Shown here: one piece after another, positions 62,798 through 64,000 of the stretch | Position numbering within the stretch: the first letter of the stretch is position 1 | Layout of the letters: the number at the start of each line of letters is the position of its first letter | Made by a program: the position numbers and the translations under genes | Notes under the pieces: generated by a model | What the model was told of the DNA's origin: nothing | What the model saw: the letters and a program-made list of their open reading frames with translations, nothing else | The model's database searches: none | Source: a virus | Reading direction: 5' to 3' (one strand) | IMG/VR virus record: IMGVR_UViG_3300027797_000020 | Location: 1-64,000 of that record | DNA length: 64,000 nucleotides

Positions 62798-63253
62798 ATG
62801 AAAGAACAACACGATTCAACAAAGTTAGAGTTTTTAATGAAAGTTAACGATAACATCATCGTTCAACGATTTTTTAACGTAAGAGAATTTAATCCTAAAG
62901 CGAAAAGTTCAACAGAATTATATGATTTAATTCGTGAATTTAAAGATGATTTAGAAAAACAATTGAAGATGAAAACGGTTACATATATGTTGGATAATAT
63001 GTATGAAATTTCTAATAACCCAACGGTTTTAGATACATCATATACTGACGGACCTGAGTATTTTAATGTCTACATCAAACAAGGTGATGTAACAATTTTT
63101 AACCGTCAAATCGACGCGAAAATTTACCCACCAAAAATAAGATACACCGTGGATGTACGCCCACACCTAAAAAACTTACTTATGTCATTAACTGACATTT
63201 TTTCATCTGAAAATTTATCTTACGAATACCTTAATGTTAGACAAGACGCGTAA
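62798..63253 (+). CDS. Hypothetical phage protein
   Basis: 151-aa ORF within the replication operon. Confidence 0.65.
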   Translation: MKEQHDSTKLEFLMKVNDNIIVQRFFNVREFNPKAKSSTELYDLIREFKDDLEKQLKMKTVTYMLDNMYEISNNPTVLDTSYTDGPEYFNVYIKQGDVTIFNRQIDAKIYPPKIRYTVDVRPHLKNLLMSLTDIFSSENLSYEYLNVRQDA

Positions 63254-63280
63254 TATTTATTTAAAAATCAATTTTATAAT

Positions 63281-64000
63281 ATGAGTTCAAATAAAAATTT
63301 CGAGTACTTAGGTAGTGGGTTTCAGCTACAATTATTAAACCAAATCATTGTCGATAAAGACTTCGCAAGGTCTATTATCGACGTGATTGAGGTAAATTAC
63401 TTTGAGAATAAATACTTTAAGTTAATCATCCAAATGATTAGAGAGTATTATTCAAAATATGAACACGTTCCAACTTTCGATACGTTGGAGCAAATTACAA
63501 AATCGGAATTACAACAAGAAACTGCATCTAAAATTGTTATAGATACTATTAGTAAAATAAAAGACGCACCAATCGAAGGAGGTGATTTTGTTCAAGAAAA
63601 AGCGATGAAATTCTGTAAACAACAAGAGTTACAGAAAGTGATGAACAAAGCTCAAAAAATCATTGATGGTGGTGAATTTGAAAACTACGACAAAGTAGAA
63701 CAATTAGTTAGAACTGCACTACAAGTTGGGGAAAGAGAAGATGGTATGACTAACGTTTTCTCTAATTTAGAAGAGGTTTTAGACGAGGATTATAGACATC
63801 CTATACCAATGGGTATTTCAGGTATAGATAAACTCTTAAAAGGGGGGTTAGCTAAAGGTGAAATCGGGGTGGTACTAGCACCAACAGGTGTGGGTAAAAC
63901 TACATTGATGACTAAAATCACAAATCACGCGTTTAACCTTGGTTATAACGTATTACAATTATTTTTTGAAGATAATCCTAAGATTATTCAAAGAAAACAT
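63281..64000 (+). CDS. dnaB: DnaB/T4 gp41-like replicative helicase, 5' part (runs off the window; not in ORF track)
   Basis: Open from the ATG at 63281 to the window end: MSSNKNFEYLG...'PMGISGIDKLLKGGLAKGEIGVVLAPTGVGKTT...VLQLFFED'. Confidence 0.9.
   Translation, partial: MSSNKNFEYLGSGFQLQLLNQIIVDKDFARSIIDVIEVNYFENKYFKLIIQMIREYYSKYEHVPTFDTLEQITKSELQQETASKIVIDTISKIKDAPIEGGDFVQEKAMKFCKQQELQKVMNKAQKIIDGGEFENYDKVEQLVRTALQVGEREDGMTNVFSNLEEVLDEDYRHPIPMGISGIDKLLKGGLAKGEIGVVLAPTGVGKTTLMTKITNHAFNLGYNVLQLFFEDNPKIIQRKH

Noticed and set aside
1-64000. Stop-codon reassignment (code 15 or 4), as in some jumbo phages
   Set aside because: Long genes are intact in code 11, and TAG (861, 12197) and TGA (28529, 36866) serve as ordinary stops.
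1-64000. Eukaryotic giant virus (NCLDV) origin, suggested by PolB, SNF2, mucins and GT60
   Set aside because: Tail sheath, tube, neck, baseplate, gp32-like SSB, operon packing and intrinsic terminators indicate a tailed bacteriophage.

Overview
A 64-kb, AT-rich segment of a jumbo myovirus with T4-like gene content, in standard genetic code 11. No tRNA, rRNA or CRISPR array was seen. Left to right: (i) a minus-strand operon of small genes (glycosyltransferase, stand-alone WYL protein, hypotheticals); (ii) a ~25-kb block of modular, Cys-rich, putative virion surface proteins with long mucin-like Pro-Thr repeats (1199, 460, 380, 2641 and 228 aa), enclosing a seven-gene glycosylation cluster led by a GT60-like polypeptide GlcNAc-transferase; (iii) family B DNA polymerase, neck genes, a Mn/Fe-SOD fusion and an SNF2 helicase; (iv) a contractile-tail module (terminator, sheath, tube, chaperone with a probable programmed frameshift, tape measure, baseplate); (v) a replication module (gp32-like SSB, RecA/UvsX, 5'-3' exonuclease, partial DnaB/gp41 helicase). 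The best candidate new system is phage-encoded mucin-type O-glycosylation of Pro-Thr-repeat virion proteins. Other highlights are a LamG-like domain split across two ORFs, a ubiquitin-like protein beside a papain-like protease, a recurrent TATTTAT late-promoter-like motif, and apparent GATC/CATG avoidance. All family assignments come from motif recognition by eye; no searches were run.
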